Assembly: GCA_044892525.1 (NCBI GenBank) | Contig: CM097886.1 | Location: forward strand, 168,132,312 to 168,196,311 | From: Schmidtea polychroa | Taxonomy: Eukaryota | Direction of reading: 5' to 3' | DNA length: 64,000 bases | Part shown: positions 36,904 to 50,090 of the stretch, one piece after another | How the letters are laid out: the number at the start of each line of letters is the position of its first letter | Position numbering within the stretch: position 1 is the stretch's first letter | Position numbers and translations under genes: made by a program | The notes under the pieces: model-generated | Told to the model about the DNA's origin: nothing | Databases searched by the model: none | The model's input: only the letters and a program-made list of their open reading frames with translations

Positions 36904-37788
36904 TTATTTAAAAACACTCAACACACAAGTATTTACAGCATTCTGCACATTAATTTTTAGATTCAATGATTTTATCAACAACGCCTCACAAATCACACGT
37001 TCCCAATAATTATCGAAGTTTTTTAATAAAATTTTAAAATCAGACATACCTATTTTAATCTTACAGCCCTTATTGTGCTCACCAATATGGGTCAAAGACT
37101 TCGGTCTACAATGTTCTCGAGCTCGAATACAGAGATGACGGGAAGTCTCTCCAATGTATGTGGCATTACACCCATTACATGTAAGCTGATAAACGAGATC
37201 GGAACACAATTCAACCGGAGTCTTTGACTTATTAATAAACATATTGCGTACTTTCCATGAAGTTGACACTATCCTATAGTTTAAATTCCCTAACTGCTTT
37301 CTTATCTTCACTTTATAATCCCTAAAACCTTCTGAGTACGGCAATACTAACACAAATTTAGGCTCATCATCCTTGCTCACACTATTTAATTTATTTAACT
37401 CATCAGACTCACACACCTCAACAAAATCACACCCAGATTTTAACTCATCAGACTCACACATCTCAACAAGATCACACCCAAATTTTCTCAAACATGGATC
37501 CTTAGGATTTTTAATAAATTTGTCAACAGTCTCTTTCACCATAATTACTAAAAAGGATTTTGAATAACCATTCTTCATCAACAGTTCAACCAACACGTCA
37601 ACACTCTTTACCGAATTTTTAAAAGTAGAAGACAAAGACCATGCACGATAAATCAACCCCTTCACCATATTTCTTTTATACTTGAATTCACAAAAACTTT
37701 CAGAAGAAGTATAGAGACCAGTATCAGTTGGTTTTCTATAAATCTCTGTCTCATAGTGTTTCTCTTTGCGTTGAATTAACAAATCCAA
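36904..37788 (-). CDS. Penelope RT thumb + GIY-YIG endonuclease (open but 5'-truncated)
   Basis: LVYQLTCNGCNATYIGETSRHLCIRAREH...ERVICEALLIKSLNLKINVQ. Confidence 0.85.
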   Translation of the reverse strand: MDLLIQRKEKHYETEIYRKPTDTGLYTSSESFCEFKYKRNMVKGLIYRAWSLSSTFKNSVKSVDVLVELLMKNGYSKSFLVIMVKETVDKFIKNPKDPCLRKFGCDLVEMCESDELKSGCDFVEVCESDELNKLNSVSKDDEPKFVLVLPYSEGFRDYKVKIRKQLGNLNYRIVSTSWKVRNMFINKSKTPVELCSDLVYQLTCNGCNATYIGETSRHLCIRAREHCRPKSLTHIGEHNKGCKIKIGMSDFKILLKNFDNYWERVICEALLIKSLNLKINVQNAVNTCVLSVFK

Positions 37789-37851
37789 GAAAGCAAACGA
37801 TGATTTTTTCTCCGTTTCACATGTGAAAACAATGTTTTTATGTAGACTGTA

Positions 37852-37920
<69 letters not shown>

Positions 37921-38201
37921 TACTAAATGAGGATTTGCGGGGTTTATTAGGTTTCAAGAGTTATATATCAGTAACATATCAGCTCAAAGCTTACAGTGCG
38001 AGTCAGAAAGTCTTTTTCAAAAATTTGAAATAAATATTATTGACAAATATTACAAAAGAACAAAGTTTTCTAATGTTTTATTTTCGAGTTGAGTTGAACT
38101 TATTGCTTGTTTATATTTTTGGATTTCCGATACAAATAAACAAAACAGTCTTAAGCTCATTTGTGCTTAACAATTTATAATTAAATTTTATTACCTGCAA
38201 T

Positions 38202-38558
38202 CAATGTTCCCTCTAAGCCATAAGCAGCAGTGCGCGCAAAGTCAGCTGCGCTGAGCAGCCTTGAAATACAAATGAGCGTCAAAATGCTATAACGTGGTTG
38301 TAAGAGTTTTAAAACGACACTACAGAAATATACCGTTATTATGCATCTGGTTATTAACATTGAAAATTTTTAAATATTCAAAATGAACCACATAATAATA
38401 TTGAGTATCAAAAATTCGTAATGTTTTATAATAAATATGTTAATTGGAAGGTGAAAATAAAATAAAAAATAAAGTATACTGCGCTGAAAATAATTTTGCT
38501 GCGCTGGGGTGTTGGAGGTGCTTCGCGCGCGCACGCGCGCAGCTTAGAGGGAACGTTG
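38202..38558. mobile_element. hAT MITE
   Basis: TIR caatgttccctctaagc / gcttagagggaacgttg and a perfect 8-bp TSD CCTGCAAT (38194-38201, 38559-38566). Confidence 0.93.
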
Positions 38559-40669
38559 CCTGCAATCCTACGTAAATGTCACCTGTCAAAACAAATTTAA
38601 TAACTCAACACTTTGAATTACTTCATAAGGTTCCTCTAGTTATGAAAGGATTAACTTTCAATTTGAGTGAGGAAATTTGTTTTAAACCACCAACTTTCTG
38701 CTAATATAAATTGTTTTAGTTTAAAGGAAAATAAATAATTATTTCTCATTTCTTCTAATGTTTTACAGAAACCTCTGCGACTTCCTTTTCAAATCTTCAT
38801 AATTTTGAATAAATGTTTTTATCGTCTTCTTTCAATTTAAACATTCTTAGCTAGTTTGTAGCTTATTCAGTGTAAATGTTTCAATTGTCAAATTTGTTTT
38901 AACTGATGTAGAAATTAAACGAGTTGCAAACAAACAATTAAAGCTGAGGAATAATAATCGAGAAAATATGTTAACGCCTGCTTTATAAGAAAGTTTTTTT
39001 TTCAATGAAGGCAAATTTGTTGGAAAATCAAACTGTTAGACATAACTTTGAACACTTCTTTTGTTACTTCATTTAATTTATTTTCCCTCATAAACAAAAT
39101 CTAGGAAACAGAAATTATGGAAATCAAATTACTTCTAATTCACTTGAAACATTAGTAGCATCTACTGTGAGGGAAATTACAATTATGCAATTTGTTTTAA
39201 TAAACTTGAATTTATTTTTGCATACAATGCTTAGAATCAGCAATAATTTTGATGGAAAAGTTTCCTTTCGGCTATTTAGAGCATCTATATTAGAAGCATA
39301 CAAATCGTGACTCACGTCCCAGATTTTGTCAAAGGTCCCGCAATTGTTTAAAATTCGTAGCACAAAAATATGTTAAAACTCTTAAAAGCATTTGGTATGA
39401 GAATTTTATAAAGTACTATGATTTATACTCTTCCTGACTTAATACGTCCATATTTGATTTCTCATGTTATAGACATCTTTAATTTGAAATAGTAAATTGA
39501 CAAGTTTGATATATATCATAGACCTTCTTCTCTCTTACCCCTTTTCTTTAAATATTACCGATTCTTCTTTAGATATTAGAAATTATGTGACATTATCTGA
39601 CTTCTCCTGTTCAATAATCAAATACTAAGACTCAGAAATATTGAAATTTTACTTACACTACAATTTTACAAAACGTATTCGATTCACAATTCACAATTTT
39701 GTATTATCCTTACACAGTTAGTAAGGCATTCTTAATATAGGACACCATCAGGTTGGTAAATGATATTTCAATGTTAATATTACTTCACCTCGCTCTTTTA
39801 TATAGTTTGTTAAAAGGTTGTGTCTCTCCTTTCTTTAACCAGAGTGGTAATGTTAACTATTTATATCAGCATTCAAAGCAATTTCTCTAATCACAAATCG
39901 TATTTGATTTATTACAATGTTATAATGAATCGTTTCTGTCCATCTCAATTCCATTAATTTAGACAACATTTATCTCTAAATTGTCAATGCACAAGTTCTA
40001 ATAATTTATTACGGTTATCTAACCAATTTACGGTTATTTACCCAATTTCAAACATAATATGATTATTAGAGCTTTCAAATTGATTTCATTCTTCTGTGTT
40101 TTGACCTTCTATAGACCAACTAATTACGTAAGTATTTTTTTATCAGTAATTGCTGATTTCTCCCTCAATATTTTGATTACATTGCGTAACAAAATTTTGC
40201 ACACCTCCCAAATTCTGTGTGTATAACATAATTTCACTATGCTGATATTATTTTAAAGTTCCATTTCATTTTTAGAAGTTATTTTAAATTTATTTGATGT
40301 CCTTTTTAAAAAAATGATGTTTAGACTTGTTAAATGTCATTTTGCTCGTATAGAAAGTACGCCCGCATTTATATCAGTAATATATAATGAGGACTCCAAC
40401 ACACGTTCAATGTCAAGATCAAATATAGACCAATCGAATCATTTTTTTTAATTTAAATTTTATTTAATTACTTCTATTTAATTTATTACATTTTATTATA
40501 TTTTTATAATTATTTGATTTTAATTAATACTTTTGTTAATTTTTAATTTATTACTTTAATTAATTATTTTATTATATGTTTATTATTATTTTATTTTAAT
40601 TACTTATGTTATTTAACTATTTTTTTCGGTTTAAATCTTAATAAATTTTAATTATAATTAATATTAAAA

Positions 40670-40830
40670 AATGTATTTCATGAAAAAATGTTCGACTATA
40701 AGATAGATTGACAGAACTATCTCATAGACTAAAATTTTTTCATTAAATACATTATTCGCAGCAAAAGGCTTAAATTATCACTTTATTGTTTTAAATAATA
40801 AATGCCGCTACCAAGAAATCATCACTTTAT
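40670..40830. mobile_element. Penelope family-2 UTR relic with a fold-back junction
   Basis: Minus-strand aatgttcgactataagatag abuts the plus-strand attgacagaactatctcatag...gcagcaaaaggcttaaattatcac. Confidence 0.65.
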
Positions 40831-40929
40831 ACTTATAATTAATATTATTATTATAATTATTTATTAATATATTTTTATTATTATTACCTTTATTTTACTT
40901 TTATAATTAATTTTTTATTTAATTAAGCA

Positions 40930-41240
40930 GTCAAGTGTTTGCTGATGGGACATTTGATACTGTCCCATCCACTTTTTTTTAGTTGTATACCATTCATGCC
41001 AATGTTTTTGGCTAAACTCTCCCTTGTATATATGTGCTTTGTGAAAGAAAAATGCTATGGATATCTATGGATATCTCATCGATGCAAGTAATGAGATAGG
41101 TTCTGTTTTTTCTCCCGAATCATTCTTATGGCGTACGAAGAATACAAAAGAAATTGGGAGGTGCCAGTTTATCTTCATATGATCGGGAGACATTTGACGA
41201 CCTATTTCGCATTTATATCCAAACCCGTAAGAGATATTTC
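40930..41240 (+). pseudogene. MULE (Mutator-like) transposase DDE fragment
   Basis: VFADGTFDTVPSTFF*LYTIHANVFG*TLPCIYVLCERK, matching the typical DGTF...QLYTIH...P..Y.L pattern. Confidence 0.7.
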
Positions 41241-41593
41241 GAATGTGAATTAAATTATAATTTTTTTGGTCTGAATTTTTTAAATTATAATTTTTTTATA
41301 CCAAATATCTAGGTATCCAAAAATGAATAATTAAAGAATCAAAATCAAGTTTTGTAGTTTTGTACATATATCCATACATATTTTGTTAATCTAATATATC
41401 ATATATTATATAGCTATTAAATTTTTATTGCAGATCTAAAAAACATTCAGTCTTAGAAAAAATATGTAAAAAATCACGTTTGTATTCACGAACACAAAAA
41501 TGGTATTTAATGTTAGTTATTTTTATTCAGAGTAGGTTTCAGATAGTAGCCGCATTCTCTTTTTCTGCGTTGGCTTAAAATCTGTTAGTACTA

Positions 41594-42488
41594 CACCAAA
41601 CACCACTGAGAACCGTTTCCTATAATATAACAAAAAAATCAATAATCTTAGATTATAGAAACATACATACTTACTTTGATTTCACGTTGATGTTCTCATT
41701 TATAGCTCAATGAGATACATCTTATATTATAGAAATCTGAAAAGTGGAAGAAAAATTAAAAACTGCATGCAAACGCAACACATACTAAAAAGCACATACA
41801 AATTTTTGATTCGTAGAAATGTAACGATGAGATACGTTTCTATAATAAACTTTATTTTAGACAATTTTTAGAAAAAAAGATAGTTGAAAATTTTTAAATT
41901 TATATTTTTAATGAAAATATCAAGAGCAGATGAATTTTGTTCAATATCTTTTCAATCCATATTTGATTTCCTGAAAGAAGCCCATCATATTGAGCTCAGA
42001 AAAAAAATTACAAAAATTAAAAAAATTATTTTAATCATCGATTTTCCCCAAAATATTTTTAAAAATACATATTTTAGGTGATTGATTTATTTAATTATAA
42101 TTAAAAATATATCGGACTCACATTTTTTCGAAATAATTTCAAAATAAATAAAGGTAAATGTTATAAAGTTTCTAAAAAACCCTGAAAATTAATTAAAAAT
42201 AATTTACAATTAAACTGTTGATTAAAAGTAATATTTAAGAACTTGAATAATGATCTCATATATCATATGGATCAGAATTCAAGTCTTAAAATTTACTTAA
42301 AATAAAAAAAATTACTTGAAAGCCATTTGTAAAATGGCTAAAATTTCCAAAATATATAAATGATGAGACATGATAAATTGATAACGATGATTTTACAATT
42401 ACAACCAATTAGAATTGGTAAATAAATTGGTGAGTGAATTTACACGCCAACCACCACTATAGAGAACGTATCTCAGTGGTGTTTGGTG
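41594..42488. mobile_element. TA-flanked MITE, TIR CACCAAACACCACTGAGA (long copy)
   Basis: ta|caccaaacaccactgaga ... tctcagtggtgtttggtg|ta. It has about 490 bp that the 6381-6789 copy lacks. Confidence 0.87.
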
Positions 42489-42515
42489 TAATCGGTTATC
42501 AGAGACAGTTTCACG

Positions 42516-43760
42516 CACAGGGTTACTTATTTTTATAGCAAATTAGGTCATTTTTGGTTGTGCTCTTAGTCTTCAACTGGTAAATAATTCACCTCAAATT
42601 AAAAAACTATAAATAAAAAATAAAAACTTATTAATTTTGTTAACTCACCATGCCTGGCCTATGTACATTTTAACCAAATCACAAAATATTTCATAAAATA
42701 TTTTGTGAACTTATTTTAGAAGTAGAATTTTTGTCCGTGTAAAAAAAATCAAATCGTGTAAAAACAGGATTGTTTATATTTCTTCAACCGTGTTATTTCA
42801 AAATCATGCAGGATTGGGTGTACTTGTTTTGTTGAAAGTTTGCACATTTTTGGTTACTACAGTATTTCTATGATTTTCGAGCGATAAAGTCATGGTATTA
42901 ATGAAACTATTGCCACATGGACCGATAATTTACTAAAATTTGACAAGGCTGCTAAACAAAGAAAAAACATATTGAGAATTCATTAGAAAATCAAGTGCTA
43001 TTTTTGGAAGATTCAATTATCTTGCAAGAAACGAAAGGTGTCGCAAAAACAGCTTTTAAATAATTCCAAGAGAATTGGAGGTTCATGAGCCCGAAATTTA
43101 AATTCATCTGTTATAAAATCAAAGTATATATTGAGAAAGGTGGAAAATTTGATATCTAAAAACGACAGCTTTCTGAAGCGTCCTGACAAAAAGGTAGATA
43201 ACAAACTTTTTCCAGTATGTCTGATACTATACCTATTTCTGGAAAGATAAGAAATTATACAATAAATAAATCATAAGTGAAGGAAAAGTGGGCTACTCCG
43301 TGGCTAAATATAGAAGAATATAGTAGATTTTGTTGAATTATGTGCAGCGACAAAATGATCGTCACGAATACAACTGCTCTGAATTCTGGCAGCAAAAGAG
43401 TTTGGTCTGTCTATATGTCAAAAAAAATTATTAAATTTACTACCTGTATCATATGTCAGCCACATGTGTTAAATTGGTTTGTTCATTTCATTCATTCTCA
43501 AGCGTGCCCTTACATTTGGTTTTTCGATAACTGTTTAAAGGAAAATTCCTATGTTAAGTTGAAAACAAGTGTTGAAAGTTATGAAAAGGCAAAGAAGAGC
43601 TTCTTTACTCATTGGATCTTGGATCCATCGGAAATAGACAGCCAATGCAGCAATATTTTCGTTGAGAGATTCATACACTATACACAAAATATGTATTGCA
43701 AAACTCCTGAGACTCTCAGTATGCAATTCATATTGGGTTAAAGGGTATTATGATACTACA
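42516..43760 (+). mobile_element. Degraded DNA transposon starting with CACAGGGTTACTT; transposase with DTT..N.G and CxxH-like motifs (superfamily uncertain)
   Basis: ORF 43340-43741 reads IVTNTTALNSGSK...CIICQPHVL...SYEKAKKSFFTHWILDPSEI..CSNIFVERFI..QNMYCK...LSMQFILG. This resembles DDE transposases with D(T)T.N.G, CxHH and late SN..ER motifs, recalled from memory. Confidence 0.5.
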
Positions 43761-45069
43761 TGTTACTCGAGTTTCAAAAAAGAATATTATTTATTAGCGG
43801 AGGATCGGTCAAACTCGTAAAACTTGGTTATTGATTATTTGTGTCGAGAGAGAATATATTTTTGTGATTCAAATATCCGTTGGGTAGTTTATTGTTTTGA
43901 TTAAAAGCATACGTGAAGTCAAAGGTTACCGACTTGAATTAGTAAAACCCAACAAAATTAAAAAAACCAATTTCTAAATGATCGCGGTGAGTTTTTTATG
44001 AGTGACTCTAGTTTGCAGAATTTTTCGATTTTTATCAATAAAAAGAAGAATTGTTTTTTCAAGAAACAGTGAATTAGAATTTAGCATATTCCAGTGTGAA
44101 ATTCAATATTCAACTCTTCTAGTTGAACCTGAAATGGAATTTACTTATTTAGGAACTTAGTACGTTGTTTATTTATCTCAGTCCCTGCTTGGTGCGCATT
44201 ATTGGGGAGTAGTTAGTACACGCGAAACATTTTGTTTCAAAAACTATTTTCAAGTTATAAAATCTATCTTAATAGATTAAATGGAAAGGATTTTGGATAT
44301 TTAATAAACTTTGATTGGACAACTTTCCAGTAAATAATAATTGTAATTTTAAAAAATAAAGAACCTTTCATATACTATTTTACAAGAAAATTTTAAATAA
44401 TTTCTTATTATCATAGTTTTCTAAATATATTTTAGAATATATTTAAATGTAAATTTATTCTTTCGGACGCGTATCATTAGTGATCGTAAAGTATTGAGAA
44501 TTGCAATAATAATTTCAAAAAAAGAATAAATAAGCAAATATACAGTAAAGAAAAACTAGAAAATAACATGTAGAGTCACAAAGGCACCCACTGAATATTT
44601 ACCAAGACCTGATTAAACAAATAATTTTTATTAATGATCATTAAACTATTTTTATTACTTAAGTCTTAAGCTATAAAAATCTTTCCAAATTTTTTCCAAA
44701 AGTTGTTAGAATATAACCCTTGTCTTTTTCGGTGTGCCCTTGATATGGAAATTCCTTTTGTCAACATCATGAAAACAATAATTGATTTTTAAAAATTTTA
44801 ATAAATTTTTACAATTTAATTTATGTCTCATTTTAATAATTTCATGTAAATAAATAAAGAAAAGTAGAAATATTTGTAAGAGAATAAATTTATTTATTAT
44901 ATTTTGTTTTACTTTTTTAAATTTCATTTAAAATATATTAACTTTCACTATTTTTTAAATTATTCGTTTCAATAATCAAAGTTTACTTAAGATTGAAACT
45001 ATTAACATCTAAAGCTTAAGTCCTTGCAATATTTAATCATATTTTAAAGTTTGTTATATATAAGTTCAT

Positions 45070-45114
45070 ATGCGAAAAAGAGTCCAACAGGGTCTGGATA
45101 ATAGTAAAAGAAAT
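45070..45114 (+). CDS. HIAT1: HIAT1/MFSD14-like MFS transporter, putative coding exon 1 (MRKRVQQGLDNSKRN)
   Basis: ATG plus 14 codons, then a gtttgt donor, a 73-bp intron ending ttttag, and a phase-0 join to exon 2. The alternative is a start at ATG 45197. Confidence 0.55.
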
Positions 45115-45187
45115 GTTTGTTAAATTTTAATTATTTTAATAATTTTTTTTAATGTAGTTTTTGGTATTGCTATATATTTTCTTTTAG

Positions 45188-45814
45188 GCATCATGTATGT
45201 ATTCAAAAGCTACAATTTATCATGCTGTAGTTGTAATATTTCTCGAATTTTTTGCATTTGGCTTACTAACAGCTCCTATGATAACTGTTTTAGATGAAAC
45301 TTTTCCTAAACATACTTTATTAATGAACGGTTTAATTCAAGGCGTCAAAGGATTTTTATCATTTTTAAGTGCTCCATTAATTGGAGCAATGTCTGATGTT
45401 TTCGGTAGGAAACCTTTTCTACTTCTCACAGTTACTTTTACTTGCTCACCAATTCCATTGATGAAATTGAGTCATTGGTGGTATTTTACAATGATCAGTA
45501 TTTCTGGAATATTTGCTGTGACTTTCAGTGTTATTTTTGCTTACGTTGCAGATGTTACGAAAGAGGAAGAAAGGAGTTGGGCATATGGATTAGTGTCGGC
45601 TACCTTTGCAGCAAGTTTGGTTATAAGTCCGACTATTGGAGCTTATTTAGGAAAGATTTATAGTGATAATTTTGTGATAGCACTTGCAACTGCAGTCGCA
45701 TTGTTGGATATTTTCTTTATTTTGGCGTGTGTGCCTGAATCTCTACCGGAGTCTTGTAGAGTTGTATCGAGTAGTGGTAAAAAAATTTCCTGGGAAAAAG
45801 CAGATCCATTTGGG
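45188..45814 (+). CDS. HIAT1: HIAT1/MFSD14-like, exon 2
   Basis: YHAVVVIFLEFFAFGLL...LMNGLIQGVKGFLSFLSAPLIGAMSDVFGRK...ISWEKADPFG. ag/gt boundaries at 45187 and 45815. Confidence 0.95.
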
Positions 45815-46279
45815 GTAATTTTATAGTTCTCATTATTTTTAATATAATAATTATAATCCAAATAAAAATAATTATTAACTATTACAACTAAATTCTCTAT
45901 TTGATGTTGATTTGTACGATATAAATTCTCGTGTTGCTGTATGCATTTCCCGGCTGTGTTTGTGTGTATGATAATAATATCGAATACTGGATTCTGATTG
46001 GGTGCACACTCAATTATATAGTATATATATAGTATAATAGTATACTATCAGCTGACTTTTTGTTATTGCAACCTAATAAGAAACCTTTTGTTCTTATTGA
46101 CTATTAGCAAAAATAAAATGCCAATTAATTGCTATTAAATTAGTTAGAAAGTTATTTCATTGGTTAATCATTGAAATGTCGCATAAAAGATTTAATAATT
46201 TTTATGGGATGTTTTCTCGTGGAATTACAGTTCGGATTGTTTTGACGATCATTTATTGATATTTGGTTTTAAATAAGGA

Positions 46280-47830
46280 TTTTTTTTGTGACGGGGGGTT
46301 CTGGCCTCCATTGTGATAACATTGGTTTGGGAATGTAAAGTTAGCTAGCAATCTGGTAATTTGTGGTTGGAATTAATTATTATTTCCATATGCAAATGTT
46401 TATCCGGTTTGAGGATGTTTGTGAATTTTTTTTGGGTCGATATTACGTAATTGGCGGGCGCTATTCAATGATTGATTTTTCAGTAGATTTGTGACTATTG
46501 CTGATGATATTATTTCAAACTATAGTATATTTGATGATATTTTATAATGATGATGTGGAACTTAAATAAGAATCCGCGATATATACCTAAAGTACGCCCC
46601 AGGTTCCAATGGGGGTTCCTTCCCCCAATTGGTCCCTGTTTATTAGGAATGCATATTTTGATAGGAAACTGATTGAAATTGACTGTTATTTCCATTCGCA
46701 AATGTTTATTTGACTTGCGATTAATCGATAGTATTTTTGGGGATCACTATCGCGTGATTGGAGGATGCTAACCAATTATTGACACGTAACTGGTTTGGGG
46801 ATATTTTCATGCTATTACTTTCTATTTACATTCTATCTGATGATTTTTTTTAATAATAATGTGAAAATTGAATCAAAATAAGCAATTTGTTATGAAAGTA
46901 CGCCCAAGTTCCAGAGGGGCTTTCCTTCCCCCAATTGGTCCCTGTTTATTAGGAATGCATATTTTGATAGGAAACTGATTGAAATTGACTGTTATTTCCA
47001 TTCGCAAATGTTTATTTGACTTGCGATTAATCGATAGTATTTTTGGGGATCACTATCGTGTGATTGGAGGATGCTAACCAATTATTGACACGTAACTGGT
47101 TTGGGAATATTTTCATGCTATTACTTTCTATTTACATTCTATCTGATGATTTTTTTAATAATAATGTGAAAATTGAATGAAAAAAGAAATTTGTTATGAA
47201 AGTACGCCCAAGTTCCAGAGGGGCTTTCCTTCCCTGAATCGGTCCCTGTTTATTAGGATTGCATATTTCGATAGAAAAATGATTGAAATTGACTATTACA
47301 TCCATTCGCAAATGTTTATTTGACTTGTGATTATCTTAGAGTATTTTTTGGGATTACTATCACGTGATTGGCGGACACTATGATTTATTTTTTAGTGGCT
47401 TAATGATACTATTACTTTCCTTTGAAACTAAATTTTGTTTGCTTTTATTATAAACATTTGAAAATGAAAGCCAAATAAGCAATTTGTTATGAAAGTACGT
47501 CCCCAGGTACCAAGGGGTTTCTGCCCCAGATCCCCGTTATTTAGGAATGTAGACATAGGTGAAAATAGTGTAATGTGATTGAAATTGACTAATATCTACC
47601 ACTTCGTTCAAATGCATCAGCATTTTGTGAAGTTTAAAAACCGATATCACGTGATTGGCTTACGCTATCCAATGAGTTGCCTTTTAGCAGTGTAGGGGCT
47701 ATCAATGATGTCATTACTTTCTAGTGAAATTATAAAAATTGAAAATGAAATCCAAATAAGTAATTTATTGTGAAAGTACGTCCTAGGTTCCAGGGGATGT
47801 TAACCTTCCCTTCCTTAATCTCCGCTATCC
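46280..47830 (+). repeat. Tandem array of ~300-bp units (about 5-6 copies) in intron 2
   Basis: aaagtacgccc(a)agttcca..gggg recurs at about 46589, 46897, 47200, 47493 and 47774. The central units are nearly identical. Confidence 0.9.
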
Positions 47831-49091
47831 GATGGTATTCATTTCGTTTTATTAACATCTACTAAAAACCTTCCATTTCACACAATATATACAAAAATAA
47901 ACCTCTGTTTATGAGTGCAAACTAGAAACATTCATTCCATATTTTTATCTGTTGTTTCTTGTTTGAAACAATAATTTTTGTTTCACAAATTCACTTCACG
48001 TACAACACATTTAAAACAGAATAATTCTGTTACACAAAGTCTACGTGGTTATATTTATTTACATAGAACCTTTGTGATTTCAAACTTGTTTTTGTTTGTT
48101 TGCCTTGTAGATTTGTGTAGAATTGATATATTGAAAAACTCAATAGAATCCCATTAATTAAATGCCCGTTTAAAATTAGATAAATTCCCAAACTCGAATT
48201 AAATGTTACTAAAATTATAAGACTTAAAATAAATTATCCATTATTCAATAGAGAAAAAAATCAATAAAAATGTTATATTATTGATGAAAAATAACTTATT
48301 TTTAAAAGTATTTGAATTAAATTAAATTAATTTCATATTTGATTCGATAGAAAATTGATTATATAAAAATGCAGTCGATCAAAATTAAAAATTAATATAA
48401 AATTTAAAAAATCAATTAAATAATAACTAATGAAATAATAATAGAAATAATGCGAAAATTGGATGTTATATTAGGTTATAAGTTACAAATATTTCATTGC
48501 TCTAATTTCACATGCAAGAGTACAAATCGTGACAAATAATAAATTTAGTTTCCCCCGACAAACGGAAGTCAGACAAAATATTAAAAGTAGATTACACATT
48601 CATATAATTGATATTCCATAATATTTTTTATAGTTTCAATAAATTTTGTTATGCGAATTTAAATTTTTAAAAGAAATACCGAAACTGTATAAATTCTGAT
48701 TGTCATTCAATAGGAAAATAATCAATTTTCCAAATTACACTTTTATCGATTAAAATTAAAAGTTATTATAAATATTTAAATCAATTACAATAATTATACA
48801 ATAATGGGATGAATTTTGGAGGGAGGCAATTATTTCATACAAATCTTGCTGAGCCAAAATTAAATTATTAATAGTTTAAATTTGAAAATTGCACTTTTTT
48901 CGAAAATTTTAATAATAATTAAAATGAATAAATAAAGACCACCCGATTTTCAGATAAAATTACAATTAAAATCACCGGTTGTCGATTAAGTTTTATTTGG
49001 AAATATATTTGAATTGAAATTAAATTGATTTTATTATGATTCGATTAAAAACTGATTTTCAGATACACATACACATATATATTAAAAAGAG

Positions 49092-49238
49092 CTTGAAGAC
49101 TATAAATCAGTAATATATCGATGTTTGTTGATACTCACGAATTTTCGGCACTGCCTTTTTCAAGTGAATAAAAAGGCAGTGCCGAAAATTCGTGAGTATC
49201 AACAAACATCGATATATTACTGATTTATAGTCTTCAAG
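49092..49238. repeat. Perfect inverted repeat, 69-bp arms with a 9-nt loop
   Basis: 49092-49160 is the exact reverse complement of 49170-49238. Loop: caagtgaat. Confidence 0.97.
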
Positions 49239-49716
49239 TTCTCTTTTTAGTAAATTCAATGGAAAAAATAATCAGTGGTGAAATTGGAAAAAAAGTTCTT
49301 ATAATATATATCAATGTATTTATACTATTATAATATATTAAACGACTGCATCTTTTCTCTTTTTTTGGTTCTCTTTCCATCACATTATAATCCATCATAT
49401 TATAATATGTTTATAATTCGTAGGAAAACATTACCACACAAAGCAAGCTGACTATAAAAAATCATGCATTAAATGTTTAGGGTAAAATCAAATTTAATCC
49501 AAAAGTATAATGAAAAATCGGGCACATTTTAGTACATTTAAACTGTCCATGAACCATTATAATAATACAGAATTTATTAAATCTATATAATTGCGAAATT
49601 TGACTAAAGTTCAAAAGTTAAAAAAAATAAGTCGCAAGTTTTTTTATAATAATTAAAATGGTCATCATCATCTAATAGAGGAAGCTAGATTTTCAGATAA
49701 ATTTGCAATAAAAATA

Positions 49717-50090
49717 ACCGGTTATCGATTAGAATTAAAAGTTATTGTAAAATTTAAAATAAGTTATATATTTGAATTGAAATTGAATCGATTTTATTAT
49801 GATTCGATAGAAAATTAATTTTTTATCAATATAAATATCAATATAAATATAGGTATTTATGCTATTATAATATCTTACAAGACTTCATGCATTCTGTTAT
49901 ATCTTTGCAATTGTTCTCTTTCCATCACATAGGCAATTTTCACGGTTTATAATTATTATCACACACAGCAAGTTGACTATAACAAATCACACATTAAATG
50001 GTTAGGGTAAAAATAAATTTAAATCAAAAAATATGATGCAAGATACGGCACAGTTTATTACGTGTTTAATCGGTCACAACCGTTATAATA
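49717..50090 (+). repeat. Intronic block duplicated at about 52507-52952, with more degenerate copies at about 48975-49560
   Basis: accggttatcgattagaattaaaagttattg... and cacacagcaagttgact...gtttaatcggtcacaaccg recur. Confidence 0.8.

Larger units (their letters stand above)
36632..37849 (-). mobile_element. 5'-truncated Penelope family-1 copy
   Basis: SLHKNIVFTCE..FAFLDLLI, IYRKPTDTG, GIY-YIG, 3' UTR with hammerhead. Flanked by (AAT)n at 36566-36631 and (ATT)n at 37851-37921. Confidence 0.92.
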
